Assembly: GCA_051294375.1 (NCBI GenBank)
Contig: CM119271.1
Span: 16,387,973-16,451,972, forward strand
Length of the DNA: 64,000 bases
Direction of reading: 5' to 3'
Source of the DNA: Paraspadella gotoi
Lineage: Eukaryota; Animalia; Chaetognatha
Each line of letters opens with the position of its first letter. Positions within the stretch are counted from its first letter, which is position 1. The notes under the pieces are model-generated. The model worked only from the letters and a program-made list of their open reading frames with translations. It made no database searches and had not been told where the DNA came from. Both the position numbers and the translations under genes were made by a program. Positions 51,487 to 64,000 of this stretch are shown piece after piece.

Positions 51487-52016
51487 TAAATATAAGTGGT
51501 GTCATTAATTAATATTAAATATAAGTGGTGCCATTAATTAATATTAATATTAAATATAAGTGGTGCCATTAATTAATATTATTATTAAATATAAGTGGTG
51601 CCCTTAATTAATATTAATATTAAATATAAGTGGTGCCATTAATTAATATTAATATTAAATATATGTGGTGCCATTAATTAATATTAATATTAAATATAAG
51701 TGGTGCCATTAATTATTATTAATATTAATTAGGAAAAACAGTTTTTAAGGTCAACAACGATTTATATCAACAAAAAGAAAGAATCATAACAATGTCTACT
51801 AATCAAACAAATCCGAAACGACTTATATATCCAATAATAAATCGTTGTTGACCTTAAAAACTGTTTTTCCTAATTTACAAACACAACGAAAAGAAAGAAT
51901 CATAACAATATTAGTATTAAATATAAGTGGTGCCATTAATTAATATTAATATTAAATATAAGTGGTGCCATTAATTAATATTAATATTAAATATAAGTGG
52001 TGCCATTAATTAATAT
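51487..52016. repeat. 35-bp minisatellite (taaatataagtggtgccattaattaatattaatat) interrupted by a PLE-terminus inverted repeat at 51728-51906
   Basis: Array visible directly. The insert arms aattaggaaaaacagtttttaaggtcaacaacgattta resemble the ends of 19709-20073. Confidence 0.85.
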
Positions 52017-52814
52017 TTACTATGCAGGTGTTAGGATAACTCCATGAACTCCTTTAAAATTATGACGCTAATTAAATTTAAAATATAAGTGTCCGCTTAA
52101 ATTATTTGATATTTAATCATTTAATTAATTAATTATATATTAATAAATTAATAATTTAATTAACAACATCCTAATTAAAAAAATAATCAAGATTTTGTTA
52201 AGATCACTCCGCTAGTCAAATTCTACGTATCTCTGATATCTTGAAGGTCGGTCTGTCTGTCGGTCTGTCGGTCTATCTGTTCCTTGGGTCTGTGTCGGGA
52301 TTAACGAAAGTCGTTTTAGAAAAAATCCAGGAGAACCTAAAAAACAAATATTATTATCAAGATATCATTAAAAGGTGAAAAACATATTCTTCTTAAACTA
52401 GGGAGACTTTCACGTATCGAATAAACTATCAACCGATTTATTATTTTACTTACAAGTATGAGTATAATAGTTTTGACGATTTTTAAAACTTTAACGCAAA
52501 CAAAGAATTTTCACGAATTTCTTAAAATCTGTACAAGTCGTCGAATCCACTCAAAAGTTTACTCCAACAAATGAAAATGATAGGAGAAAAAATATACATA
52601 AGAATTCTTGAATCGCATTTATAAATTTTTAAAATTATAATTCATAACTTAACCCGTGAACAAGTATACAAAATTAACGATAATAGTCATGACACAATGA
52701 GTTATTACAGTGAAAGTTAAACTCAATTCTCACCGAAAACGAAAAGCAAAAAAGTTTATGACGATAAAAGTCAAAAAGAGAAAAAAATGGAAATTTTTCC
52801 AGATGCTCTTTTTT

Positions 52815-53727
52815 TAGTAGGATTCCGACTATAATTCACTTTGTCGGTCCGTCGGTCCCACCTCTAAATCTTGTCGGTAAATCATTTTTATCACATCAGA
52901 ACATCATATTATACTAAATTAACCTTTAAAAAACTATGTCCGACCGTACGTCAGTCTGTCTGTCTGACTGTCAGTCTAAAGGTTCGTCCCACCTTTTCAT
53001 TAAACTCCAATTACTCGTGATCGGATTGATGGATTGGAATGAAATTTTGTGTGTGGTTAGGAAAGTATATGATTGATATAAAGTTTCGATGGAATCGTGC
53101 GAGAGGAAATGAGTTTAAATGGAAAAAAAGTCAAATTAACTTCAATCTTTTTACTAATTTTAACCCATAATTACTCGAATTAATCATAATTGGATGGATA
53201 GATTGAGATAAAAATTTTTGTAATTAATTAATTAAGTAAAAAAATGATGCAATTTGAAAAAATGATGTAAGTTAAAAAAATTATGCATATTTAAAAAATG
53301 ATGCAAGTTGAAAGAATGATGCAAGTTGAAAAAAATGATGCAAGTTGAAAAAATGATGCAAGTTGAAAAAATTTATGCAAGTTGAAAAAAAATGATACAA
53401 ATTGAAAAAATGATGCGAATCTGAAAAATGATGCAAATTTGAAAAATGATGTGAGTTAAAAATATTGCAAGTTGAAAAAAGTATGCAAGTGAAAAAAAGT
53501 ATGTCAAATTGACAAAAATTATGCAAGTTGAAAAAATGATGCAAGTTAAAAAAAATATGCAAGTTTAAAAAAATGATGCGAGTAAAAAAAATGATTGCAA
53601 GTGGAAAAATATAATAGTTAAAAAATTATTTGTCCTTTTTATATTTATTTGATTGTTATATTATTTTATTTAGTTGATTACCGCTTAATTATAGTGGCAG
53701 ATACGAAATTGTTTTGCTCAAACTTGT
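52815..53727 (+). mobile_element. Helentron/DINE-1-like element copy with short 18-bp satellite
   Basis: Same core, GTCY tract and 3' end (gcagatacga..ttgttttgctcaaacttg). Confidence 0.7.
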
Positions 53728-54718
53728 TTTTGAAGGTGGATTTTCTAGATTTTCTTCTTTTTCAAATTTTCCCCGCCTCCCACATTAAAAAATTCGTCGG
53801 GCAGAAATTACGACGAGAGAGAAAAACGGAAAGTTTCATATTTTGACATATATTATCCTTGTAAGAGGACAAGATGGCTTATTTTTAAGAGAATGAATAA
53901 TTTTATATTGGTAGTACCAATCGCTCCTTGTATTTTTGATGCCTATGCGAGTATAATATAGTATTCCCCGATCTAAGTAGTCCTTTTATAGAATGTGAGA
54001 AAGTCTCGATTTGAAAACTTGCAGGGTCCAGCTATGTTATTTATCTTGTATGGGAAAGAGAACAAGATACAAAGTTATTTATTATACGAAAGGATAATTT
54101 TTATATTCGAAAAAACCTAAATGAGACAAATCAAAATTTGCTAGAATCTAGTATAGTTAAATCATTAATCATTTGTGTAATGAATAAAAAGAAGTAGCAC
54201 CTGTGACTTCTAAGGAAAATAAAAGCGGCCCACATCAAAGGAAAAATAGGTAATCACAGAATTCGGTGAAAAACAGTGAATCCGTAAATCAAGTTTCTTC
54301 GCCTCCGGAATTTCACAAAAAGAAAGGAAGAGAAAAGGAAAAAAGGAAAAGAAAAAAATGGAAGAAAAAGGAAGAAAAAAGGAAGAAAAAAAGGAAAAAA
54401 AGGAAGAAAAAAAGGAAAGAAAAAGAAAGAATGAAGAAAAAGGAAAAAAAACGAAAGAAAAAAGAAAAAGAAAAAAAGAAGAAAAAAGGAAGAAAAAAGA
54501 GAAGAAAAAAGGAAAAAAAAAAGAAAAAAGAAAGAAAAAAAAGGGAAGAAAAAAAAAAAAAAAGAAAGAAAAAAAGAGGAAAAAAGGAGGAAAAAAGGAA
54601 AGGAAAAAGGAAGAAAAAAGAACGAAAAAAGGAAGAAAAAAGGAAGAAAAAAAAAGGGGGGGGAAAAAGCCTTGTGGATTAAAAAAAAACTAAAAAAAAC
54701 AAGGGACATCTGATTTTT

Positions 54719-54774
<56 letters not shown>

Positions 54775-55274
54775 AACCTCTTCCTTTTTTTTCTTTTCTT
54801 TTTCCACTCCATCCTTCTATTTTTTAACAACTTCCTTTCTTTTCACTTTCTTTCTACTTTTCTTTTTCAACCTCTTCCTTTCTTTTCTTTTTTCTCTTTT
54901 TCCTTTCCATCTTTTTTTTTAAATCTTCCTTTCTTTTTTCTTTTCTATCCTCTTCTCTTTTTGAACGTCCTTCCTCTCTTTTTTCTTTTCTATTCTTTTC
55001 TCTTTTTGAACGTCTTCCTCTCTTTTCTTTTCTCTCCTTTTTTCTTTTTCAAACTATTCCTATTTTTTTTCTTTTCTTTTTTCTCTCTATCTTCTCATTT
55101 TTTTAACCTCTTCCTCTCTTTCCTTTCTTCCTTTCTTTCCTTTTCTCCTCTCTTTCCTTTCTATCTCCTCTTTTCCCCCTAAATTTTAATCTTTTTTTCT
55201 TCCTTAAATATAAAATATTTTGCTCTCTCTTTGACGGGGTTGGCCTGGGCAAACAAGGAAACTGAACAAAGAAG

Positions 55275-55325
<51 letters not shown>

Positions 55326-55652
55326 TCAAACACAAACCCGCAATTATTCCACCGCCGAAAATTTTGGTTTTTTTCATATATTTTTCCTTATTTTTTATTT
55401 TTGAACTGATCCCGGTTTTGACAATAAAAAAGATGGTTGGTGGCTTTAATTCGAAGCAACGTCGGCGTTGTTGCGATTTTACGAAGATTGATGACTTGGT
55501 TCACGGAGTGGCCAACTGGCAAAGTGATGCGAAAATCGGAGAAAGGCCGGAGAATCTTTCGACAATGAGATGTAAATGAACGAAATTGAAGAAGATATGA
55601 GATAATGTAAGAGACCAAAGATAGTTATTTCATAACAATGATGTTAGGTAAA

Positions 55653-55757
<105 letters not shown>

Positions 55758-56242
55758 TTTTAAAAAATAAAATAATAATGATAACATCACAGATGAATGA
55801 AACCCGAACAAAAGAAGAAGAAGAAAGAAGAAGAAGAAGAGAAGAAGAAGAAGCAATATTAATAATAATAATTAATAATAATATTAAATAATTTTTATTG
55901 TTATTTGTAATTTTATAATTTTTTAGTAAAAATGAAGACAAGTCGACGGCATCGTCCAACTCAAGTCGCAAATCTTTAGACAAAGATAAAATAAACAAAA
56001 AAGAAAAGAGTTTAAATTTTTTTTTCCTTTTTTTTTGTGTCGATGAAAAAAAGTTGCGAAAATCGAGATTTTGGAGAAAAAGTCTGACCGGGGGATAGAG
56101 GAGGGAAGAGGAGGAAGGAGGAAGAGGAGGAGGAGGAGGAGAAGGAAAGAATGACAAAAAATCCCTGGCCGTTGCGGGCCGCGTTTCAAGCCGCGGTTTA
56201 TTTTTCCCCTCGTCCGCTTTTTTCTTTTGTTTTCCGCCCTCA

Positions 56243-57042
56243 CCGATTTATTTTCTAGACCGATTTATTTTTGCGTTATAGACCGATTTATTTTCTAGAC
56301 TGATTTATTTTTGAGACCATTTAATTTATTTTCTAGTTCGATTTATTTTCTAGACCGATTTATTTTCTAGACCGATTTATTTCTAGACCGATTTGTTTTC
56401 GAGACCATTTATTTTTTAGATCGATTTATTTTCTGAGACTGATTTATTTCTAGAACCGATTTATTTTCTAGACCCGAATTTATTTCTAGACCGATTATTT
56501 TCTAGATCGATTTATTTTCTAGAACTGATTTATTTTTTCTAGACCGATTTATTTTCTAGACGATTTATTTTCTAGACCAATTTATTTTCTAACCATTTAT
56601 TTTCTAGACCGATTTATTTTCGAGACCAATTTATTTTCTAGACAATCATTTTTCTAGACCGATTTGATTTTCTAGACCGATTTATTTTTAAACCAATTTA
56701 TTTTCTAGACCGATTTATTTTTGAACCAATTTATTTTCTAGACCGATTTATTTTCTGACCAATTTATTTTCTAGACCGATTTATTTTAGACGCGATTTAT
56801 TTTCTAGGCCAATTTATTTTCTAGATTGATTTATTTTCTAGAACTTTATTTTCTAGACCGATTTATTTTCTAGACGATTTATTTTCTAGACATTTATTTT
56901 CTAGACCAATTTATTTTTAGATCGATTTTTTTCTAGACCGATTTATTTTCTAGGACGATTTATTTTCTAAGACCAATTTATTTTCTAGATTCGATTTATT
57001 TTCTAGACTGATTTTATTTCTAGACCGATTATTTTCTAGACC
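56243..57042. repeat. 17-bp minisatellite (ttattttctagaccgat)n
   Basis: Visible directly. Confidence 0.95.
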
Positions 57043-57230
57043 CCTTGTTTATTCCCTCATTTTCTTGGGCTTGTCATGTCCCTTCAGATGCATCGCGCTT
57101 CCAGTTAAATTGTTTTGTTGGAAGATGGCGAACCATTACGAAATGGAGCGGGAGTCAAAATTTGGGGGTTTGGGGGTCAGAAGGAAGAGAGAGAGATGAG
57201 AGAGAGAGAGAGAGAGAGAAGAGAGAGAGA

Positions 57231-57266
<36 letters not shown>

Positions 57267-58699
57267 TGAGAGAAGAGAAAGAGAGAGAGAGAGGAAGAGA
57301 GAGAATAGGAGAATAGAGAGAGAGAGAAGAGGAGGAGAAAGGAGAGAGGGAGAGAGATGAGGGGAGTTTTGAAATCAATGTTGTGAGAAAGAACAGGAGG
57401 AAAGAGGAAGAGGGAGGATGAAGAGGAAGAGGAGGATGAAGAGGAAGAGAGGATGAAGAGGAAGAGGAATGAAGAAGAGGAAGAGGAAGAGGAAGGAATG
57501 AAGGGGCGGACTGAAATTTTGGAGACGACGGATCACGGCTCAGACGTAAAAACCACCAAAGAAAGAAAAAGAAAGAAAAAGAAAGAAAAGAAAGAAGGAA
57601 GAAAGAAAAGAATAGAAAGAAACAAAAACCTAAATTATTAAACAAAGAAAGATAAAAGACAAAGAATAAGCTGATCGCGACATATTTTAATCAATCCTTA
57701 ATTATTAATAATAATATTAAATAAGGGTGCCGACTATTTTCTAGTTTTCTTCTTTGTGTCAAGTTCTTTTCGTTCGTTTGTTTTAAGCGAATTAGGAAAG
57801 AAAAAAAACTGACTTTCCTCTAGTTTTCTTCTTATAACACCATTTACTTTTTATATCTAGTTATACGAAAAATTTTAAAAAATAAAAATAACACATGTAT
57901 TTACTTTATATATATTTGTTTACATGTAATTTTATAAATAACCCTCGCTCTTTTTTTCAAATCCAACCGCCCGCCTGCCCTCCACTTTTCAAATCTCAAC
58001 TTCGTTAAATATCCCGAGTTTCCACCAGAAAGAAACAAAGAAAACTCTTTAAGTCCGTGGATCGAATCCCGCCCGCGGCGATTTTTCGTCTTCGCAAAGT
58101 ATTCTTTTTTCGGTCAATCGACGCTCGGACCAATTTCGAGAGGAACTCGTGAAATTCACATTTAACGTGATTTTTCACGTGATCGCCTTTTGGGGGGGGG
58201 GCGAATTGAAGGGAGAGAAGAGAAAGAGAGAGAGGGAGAGAGACAGGGTAGCGGAGGCCTGTAATATTTTCCGTCATCGCACCCTAACAGAGTCTTATAA
58301 ATATAATGTAGTCGTCTTCTGGCTTGGTAGCGAGAATCTGTGATATTTTCCATCACCACCTACAAGCTCTTTATTAGTGGGAGCCGTTTGTGATGAACTG
58401 TATAATTTGATAAGAAATAAATTAGAATAAAATAAGAATCAGAAAGTAGACTGCTGAAATTCGATACTGTGTGACGTGTTTATCTATTTTATTTAAATAA
58501 TATAATCTATACATAGGTTGTGTCAATTTCATATGCAAAGATTAATATTGAATACATTACTTTAATATTTTTTTAGTTTGTATAAATAATTTTGTTATAT
58601 CTTCGTAATCCTTGTTTTTTGTCGGGCGGAAAAAGAAATTCAGGAGTCGGGATATTTTGTTTTGTTGATGTTATCTCCGCGGAGGTTATGATCGTCCGT

Positions 58700-58736
<37 letters not shown>

Positions 58737-58989
58737 TCGAATTCCGGAGCGAAAAGGATCTCGAGATGAAACGTTTTCTTTAAATGTAACTTTATTGTTT
58801 TCGTTTCATTTTTTTTTAGATATTTAAAGTTTTTTTAATTGATTCTGATAGAGCTCAAAAAGTTAAGCAAAAAATATATTACAACTTTTTAAAATTCATG
58901 TTTTATTACTATCAGGGCCTAAGGGATAATAGGGTAGCACTAGGTTTATTTCCTCAGGGAACAATATCTGTTCCGGCTCAAACAAGAAG

Positions 58990-59345
58990 CAACCCCACTA
59001 TCCTCATAGCCAATGAACACACCAATGACCCGGCACCTTCATAAGGCCAAGGGGGGGCCAGCTCATTTGAGCTCTTTCTTATTCTAAATTTCGACTATTA
59101 TCTTTCACTTATCTAACCTAACCTTCTTTTCAATTTCAATTTTTCAAAAATTTTCAAACTTACTTTACTAAAACAACTCTTGCTTAAATATATTAATTAA
59201 TTATTATTATTATTAATTATTATTATATATTTCTAGTGTTAATAGTCAAGTTTACTTTATATCTTTGTTGGAACATTGCTCAAATGTAATTGTCTCTCTC
59301 TATCTCTTTCTCTCCTCCATCTCTCTCTGAGATTCTCAAACTCAT
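58990..59345 (+). mobile_element. Penelope-like pLTR/UTR fragment
   Basis: agccaatgaacacaccaatgacccg...ccaagggggggccagctcatttgagctctttcttatt resembles the reverse complement of 8430-8530. Confidence 0.65.
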
Positions 59346-59439
59346 CTCCTTAACTTTTATGTCATAAAATGCAGAGGAATGCCTTTTCTCTTTTCCACTT
59401 GAATCTTCGAGACAAAAAAACGGCCATCCCATGGTCCTC

Positions 59440-59750
59440 TTCGCCTTACCTGATTCTTGGCTTTCCTTTGGCCTTACCCTGGATTGATCTTGGCCTTTCT
59501 TTGGCCTTACCTGATTCTTGCCTTCTCCGTTTGGCCTTACTGATTCGCTTCTTTGCTTACACTGACTCTTGTCCTGTCCTTTGGCTTACTTTGGCCACCC
59601 TGACTCTTGGCTTCCTTTGCCTTACCGCTGATTCTGGCCCTTCCTTGGCCTTACCTCTATCTGGCTTTTTTGCTAAACTGGATCTTGTCCTGTCTTTGGC
59701 TTTTACTTTGGCCTTACCCTGCTCTTGTCTTTCCTTAGGCCTTTCCTTTG
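59440..59750. repeat. Degenerate ~30-bp tandem repeat (ttggccttaccctgattcttggcct...)
   Basis: Visible directly. Confidence 0.75.
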
Positions 59751-60144
59751 CATCACTCTCGCACGTCATTTTTTTTCTTATTCTCAAGTCTTTCGATCAA
59801 AGAAAATTATATCGTGGATCTCATTAATTATTATTCCCTGCGGTCATTGGCGTTCCTAAGTTCTTGCCCCGTGTTAAGGACGAGGCCGCTGATCCGCCCG
59901 TAGCATCGTCATTGTGTAACGGCCGCAACCGATGCTTAGTTTATTAATTAATTCATAACTATTATTGCTGCATTATAAATAAATTGTAACCAGTATATAC
60001 AATTATTCATCATAATTCATTAAAAAATAATAAATAATAAATAAATAATACAAAATTAATTAAATTAATTAATTAATTAATTAATAATTATTAAATATAA
60101 ATAAATAAATAACATAATAAAATAAATAAATAAATAAATAAATA

Positions 60145-60175
<31 letters not shown>

Positions 60176-61438
60176 AATAAGTAATTAAATTAAAAAAAAA
60201 TATAAAAAATAAATTAATAAATAAATAATAAATAAATAAATTAATTATATATGAATAATTCGTTACTTCCGCTGCGTTATATGAAATTATAAAGTGTATT
60301 TTCTGATATATTTTCCATAAAACCTAATTTTTCTATCTCCAAATCTCGATCAGAAAATTTTGTCTCAAATTTCTCATCGTGTCCTTGAAAACAAGAAAAT
60401 ATTTTTGTGGTTTGGATCGAGAAACTAAACCATCCGCAGAAGCTTAACCCGAAGCGAGAGCGCGTGCCCCGGATGTAAGCTGAACTTACTTTTAATCTTC
60501 AAAAAACTGATCCTTACCCTCTTCATCATCTTGCTCTTCCTCCTCCTTCCGTCATCTCAGTCCTGACAAATTCTTTTTTTTTTACAGTTTTCTCCCGGTT
60601 GTAACGAAGACTCGTTTTTACGACCCCAGCGTTCGATGCTTTCCACTGGTTACTTTAATTCCCTTGATGTCGAGCTGTCTAATGTAGTCTGTCAGCGCGT
60701 CACTTTTCGCGTCGCGCAAGAGTCTGGATTTAGCGAATTTGAGGGAAGAGCGATGAATTACGAAATGATGATAACAGTGAAGACTGACAAGACGAACGAC
60801 GGACGGCGACGATGACAATGTCATCATTGTCATCGTCGATAAGGATGAAAATGATAACGATGACGATGAGAAAATAGACGCGCAAATGATAATACAAATG
60901 ATGATAATGATAATGATATGATGATTAAAATTTACGACATTTAAAAAACTGGAACATAATATCAAATGAAAAACAACAAAGAAGTAATACTGAACATGAC
61001 GACGACGACGAACAGACGACGACGACGACGATGCCCGCTTTTTACGAGTTCGTCTTGACGAGACTTCTCGTTAAAAAAGGTTTTTGTCGCCCGAAGCGTG
61101 AATTCGTCCAGGAATGTCGCCGTCCCCGCCGCAATCATCCTGTCGTCGTCGTCGTCGTCGTCACTGATAACGTCGTTGTTATTTGCCATGTTTCAGATGA
61201 TCCGTTGTCGTCGTCGTCGTCGTCTAGTCGTCGGTCGTCTTAGTCGTTGTACGTCAACGTCAATGTGCAACGTAACTTCTTTTTAGTTAGGCATATATAT
61301 ATGTATGTTTTAATTATTCCACGTACTGTTCAGAATTCTGGCTCACTTTTGCGTCGCAAGGTTTTTTAGTTCCTTTAGAAGAAATTCGGCGTAAGAGGGT
61401 CGAGAGGCCTTACAAGATTGTTAGTGAATCTCTGAATC

Positions 61439-61489
<51 letters not shown>

Positions 61490-61656
61490 GAGAGAGAGGA
61501 GAGAGAGAGAGAGAAGAAGAAAACGAACAAGCAAACGGTATTGCGCGCGAACCTTAAGCGAAAACAATAAGAAGTAAAAAATAAGAAGTTGGGGAAAAAG
61601 CTTTTTAGGTTTGGACGTTTTTTGTTGTTTTTTTTTTTTTTTTTTTGAAGAGAGAG

Positions 61657-61688
<32 letters not shown>

Positions 61689-62004
61689 CGAGAGAGAGAG
61701 AGATGAGCGGAGAAAGAAAATACAGGTATTGCCAGTAGTTAGGAAAAGAAGAGAGTAAACAGTGGAAAAGTTAGAGTTGACGTTTTTTTTTTTTTTTTAG
61801 AGAGAGAGAAAAGAGAGAGAGAGAAGAGAGAGAGAGAGAAGGAAAGGGAGAGGGAGAGGAGAGAGAGAGAAGAGGAGAAAAGGAAAAGAGAGAGAGAGCG
61901 GCAGAGAGAGAGATGAGAAGCAAATCGAGGCGAAACGAGTCGCGAATGAATAGCGGATAAGATAAACTCGTCAATAGATGTCTTCTACCGTTTTTATTGG
62001 AGAT

Positions 62005-62061
<57 letters not shown>

Positions 62062-63074
62062 GAGACGAGAATCTTTCATACTCATCGATATTCTGATCCA
62101 AGTCTCCTTCCAAAAAATCTGGATCAGACCGGAATTAATTCCTCGTTCGGCAATCATCCGGAAATCGATGCGGGCCTGCCGACGGCCGCACATCGGACGC
62201 CGGATCCTCCGGGGCGGAAATACGGCGTCGCTTTATAGTTTTTGTCGGAAGTAAAAATCGGTTCTGAGACTGAGAGAGGAGGGTGAGGGAGAGAGGCTTT
62301 CAATCTCGAGACAAAAGTCAAAAATGGAACACAATTTGTGTTTTAATTAAACGTGCAAAAAATGAATATGAATTCCTTATTAGAAATAGTGGAGAATGTT
62401 ATGATCGTTCTTCGTTCCATCTCAATTTGTGTTAGAGGGTTAAAAATTTGAATTCAATTTGTAGTAAATAATGAATTACTTTTTTTTGAATACTCTCAAC
62501 GAAATCTCATGTGTTTTCAAGGTAATCACATAACCAAAATTGCATATCACAGATCCCAGGAATTAAAGACGATCCCGGAGTGAAGGCCACAAAGCCAGAC
62601 CCCGCCGATGGAATAATTGAATAACCGAGGGCGTATTTTTTATCGTTGAGTTTGGTGAGAGCGCAGGCACTCGAGCAAAGCAATCCCGCGAGAGACCGAT
62701 GAGACAAATTAGGAACAAAGACGTCGTGACACTGAAAAACGCAGGCAGCGATCGGAAAGGCTTTCGGTCGACGAGAAAATATCTGCAGATTGAAGGTTTT
62801 CTTCCGCTGCGCTGCTGCGCCGCAGCTGCAGTTGGAATCAAAATTTAACAGTTTACATCCTGAAAACCATTACAGAAAATGTCGATTTTCTACGCTGGCT
62901 TTCGGAACTTTTTCGTTTCGCCCCTTAGACGAAATAGCTTGAGTCGCCGTAGGAATTATGAAGTAAATACTACATCTGTTTTTCTTCTTACAATTATAAG
63001 TAGCCCAGGTCACCTTATTTTTATATAGTAAGTAACTACCCTTATATAAGTTCAAATATCGAAATGGTTTTTTT

Positions 63075-64000
63075 TAGTCCTGATCTGTTTACGCAGATCT
63101 CGACTCTATAATTCACTTTGTCGGTCCGTCGGTCCGCCCCGCTATCTTATCGGGCATTCACTTAACAGATCATGCTCAAAAAAGTTTAACATAGTTTATA
63201 ANNNNNNNNNNNNNNNNNNNNNNNNNNNNNNNNNNNNNNNNNNNNNNNNNNNNNNNNNNNNNNNNNNNNNNNNNNNNNNNNNNNNNNNNNNNNNNNNNNN
63301 NTGGGCAGATACGAAATTGTTTGCTCAAACTTGTTTTTGAAGGTGGATTTTCTAGATTTTCTTTCTTTTTCAAATTTTCCCGCCTCCCACATTAAAAAAT
63401 TCGTCGGGCAGAAATTACGACGAGAGAGAAAAACGGAAAGTTTCATATTTTGACATATATTATCTTGTAAGAGGACAAGATGGCTTATTTTTAAGAGAAT
63501 GAATAATTTTTATATTGGTAGTACCAATCGCTCCTTGTATTTTGATGCCTATGCGAGTATAATATAGTATTCCCCGATCTAAGTAGTCCTTTTATAGAAT
63601 GTGAGAAAGTCTCGATTGAAAACTTGCAGGGTCCAGCTATGTTATTATCTTGTATGGGAAAAGAAGACAAGATACAAAGCTTATTTATTATACGAAAGGA
63701 TAATTTTTATATTCGAAAAAACCTAAATGAGACAAATCAAAATTTGCTAGAATCTAGTATAGTTAAATCATTAATCATTGTGTAATGAATAAAAAGAAGT
63801 AGCACCTGTGACTTCTAAGGAAATAAAAGCGGCCCACATCAAAGGAAAAATAGGTAATCACAGAATTCCGGTGAAAAACAGTGAATCGTAAATCAAGTTT
63901 CTTCGCCTCCGGAATTTCACAAAAAGAAAGGAAGAGAAAAGGAAGAAAAAAGAAAAAAGGGAAAAAAAGGAAGAAACAAGGAAGAAAAAAGGAAGAAAAA
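63075..64000 (+). other. Gapped Helentron/DINE-1-like copy followed by a duplicate of about 53695-54390
   Basis: Element 5' end at 63075, then a 100-N gap, then a near-identical copy of the right flank of the 52815 copy. Confidence 0.75.

Noticed and set aside
54254-55200. Poly-Lys / poly-Phe ORFs
   Set aside because: Low-complexity A/G and T/C tracts. The same applies to all (ER)n/(SL)n ORFs from GA microsatellites.

Overview
Eukaryotic (invertebrate-type), AT-rich, repeat-dense genomic DNA from a draft assembly patched with noisy long reads. The left 27.4 kb holds a spliced minus-strand papilin-like gene. Twelve exons can be traced with consistent phase (about 1095 aa in the window, continuing past position 1): signal peptide, 6 ADAMTS-type TSP1 repeats, 6 CCxDG repeats and at least 6 Kunitz domains. 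The signal peptide appears fused directly to the post-spacer TSP1 repeats, so the N-terminal part of the papilin cassette seems to be missing. The introns contain many mobile elements: a Penelope-like GIY-YIG fragment, several small inverted-repeat elements carrying minimal hammerhead-ribozyme motifs, a Transib-type MITE with RSS-like ends, hAT-type MITEs, Helentron/DINE-1-like elements with satellite DNA, a tRNA-derived SINE, MITEs with telomere-like cores, and an antisense ORF in a TIR element. From 28.6 kb onward the window is mostly microsatellites, an L1/Tx1 RT relic and error-rich duplications beside 25-N gaps, including a fold-back centred on a likely PacBio adapter remnant. No confident gene was found at 34-64 kb. 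All calls were made by eye, without database searches.
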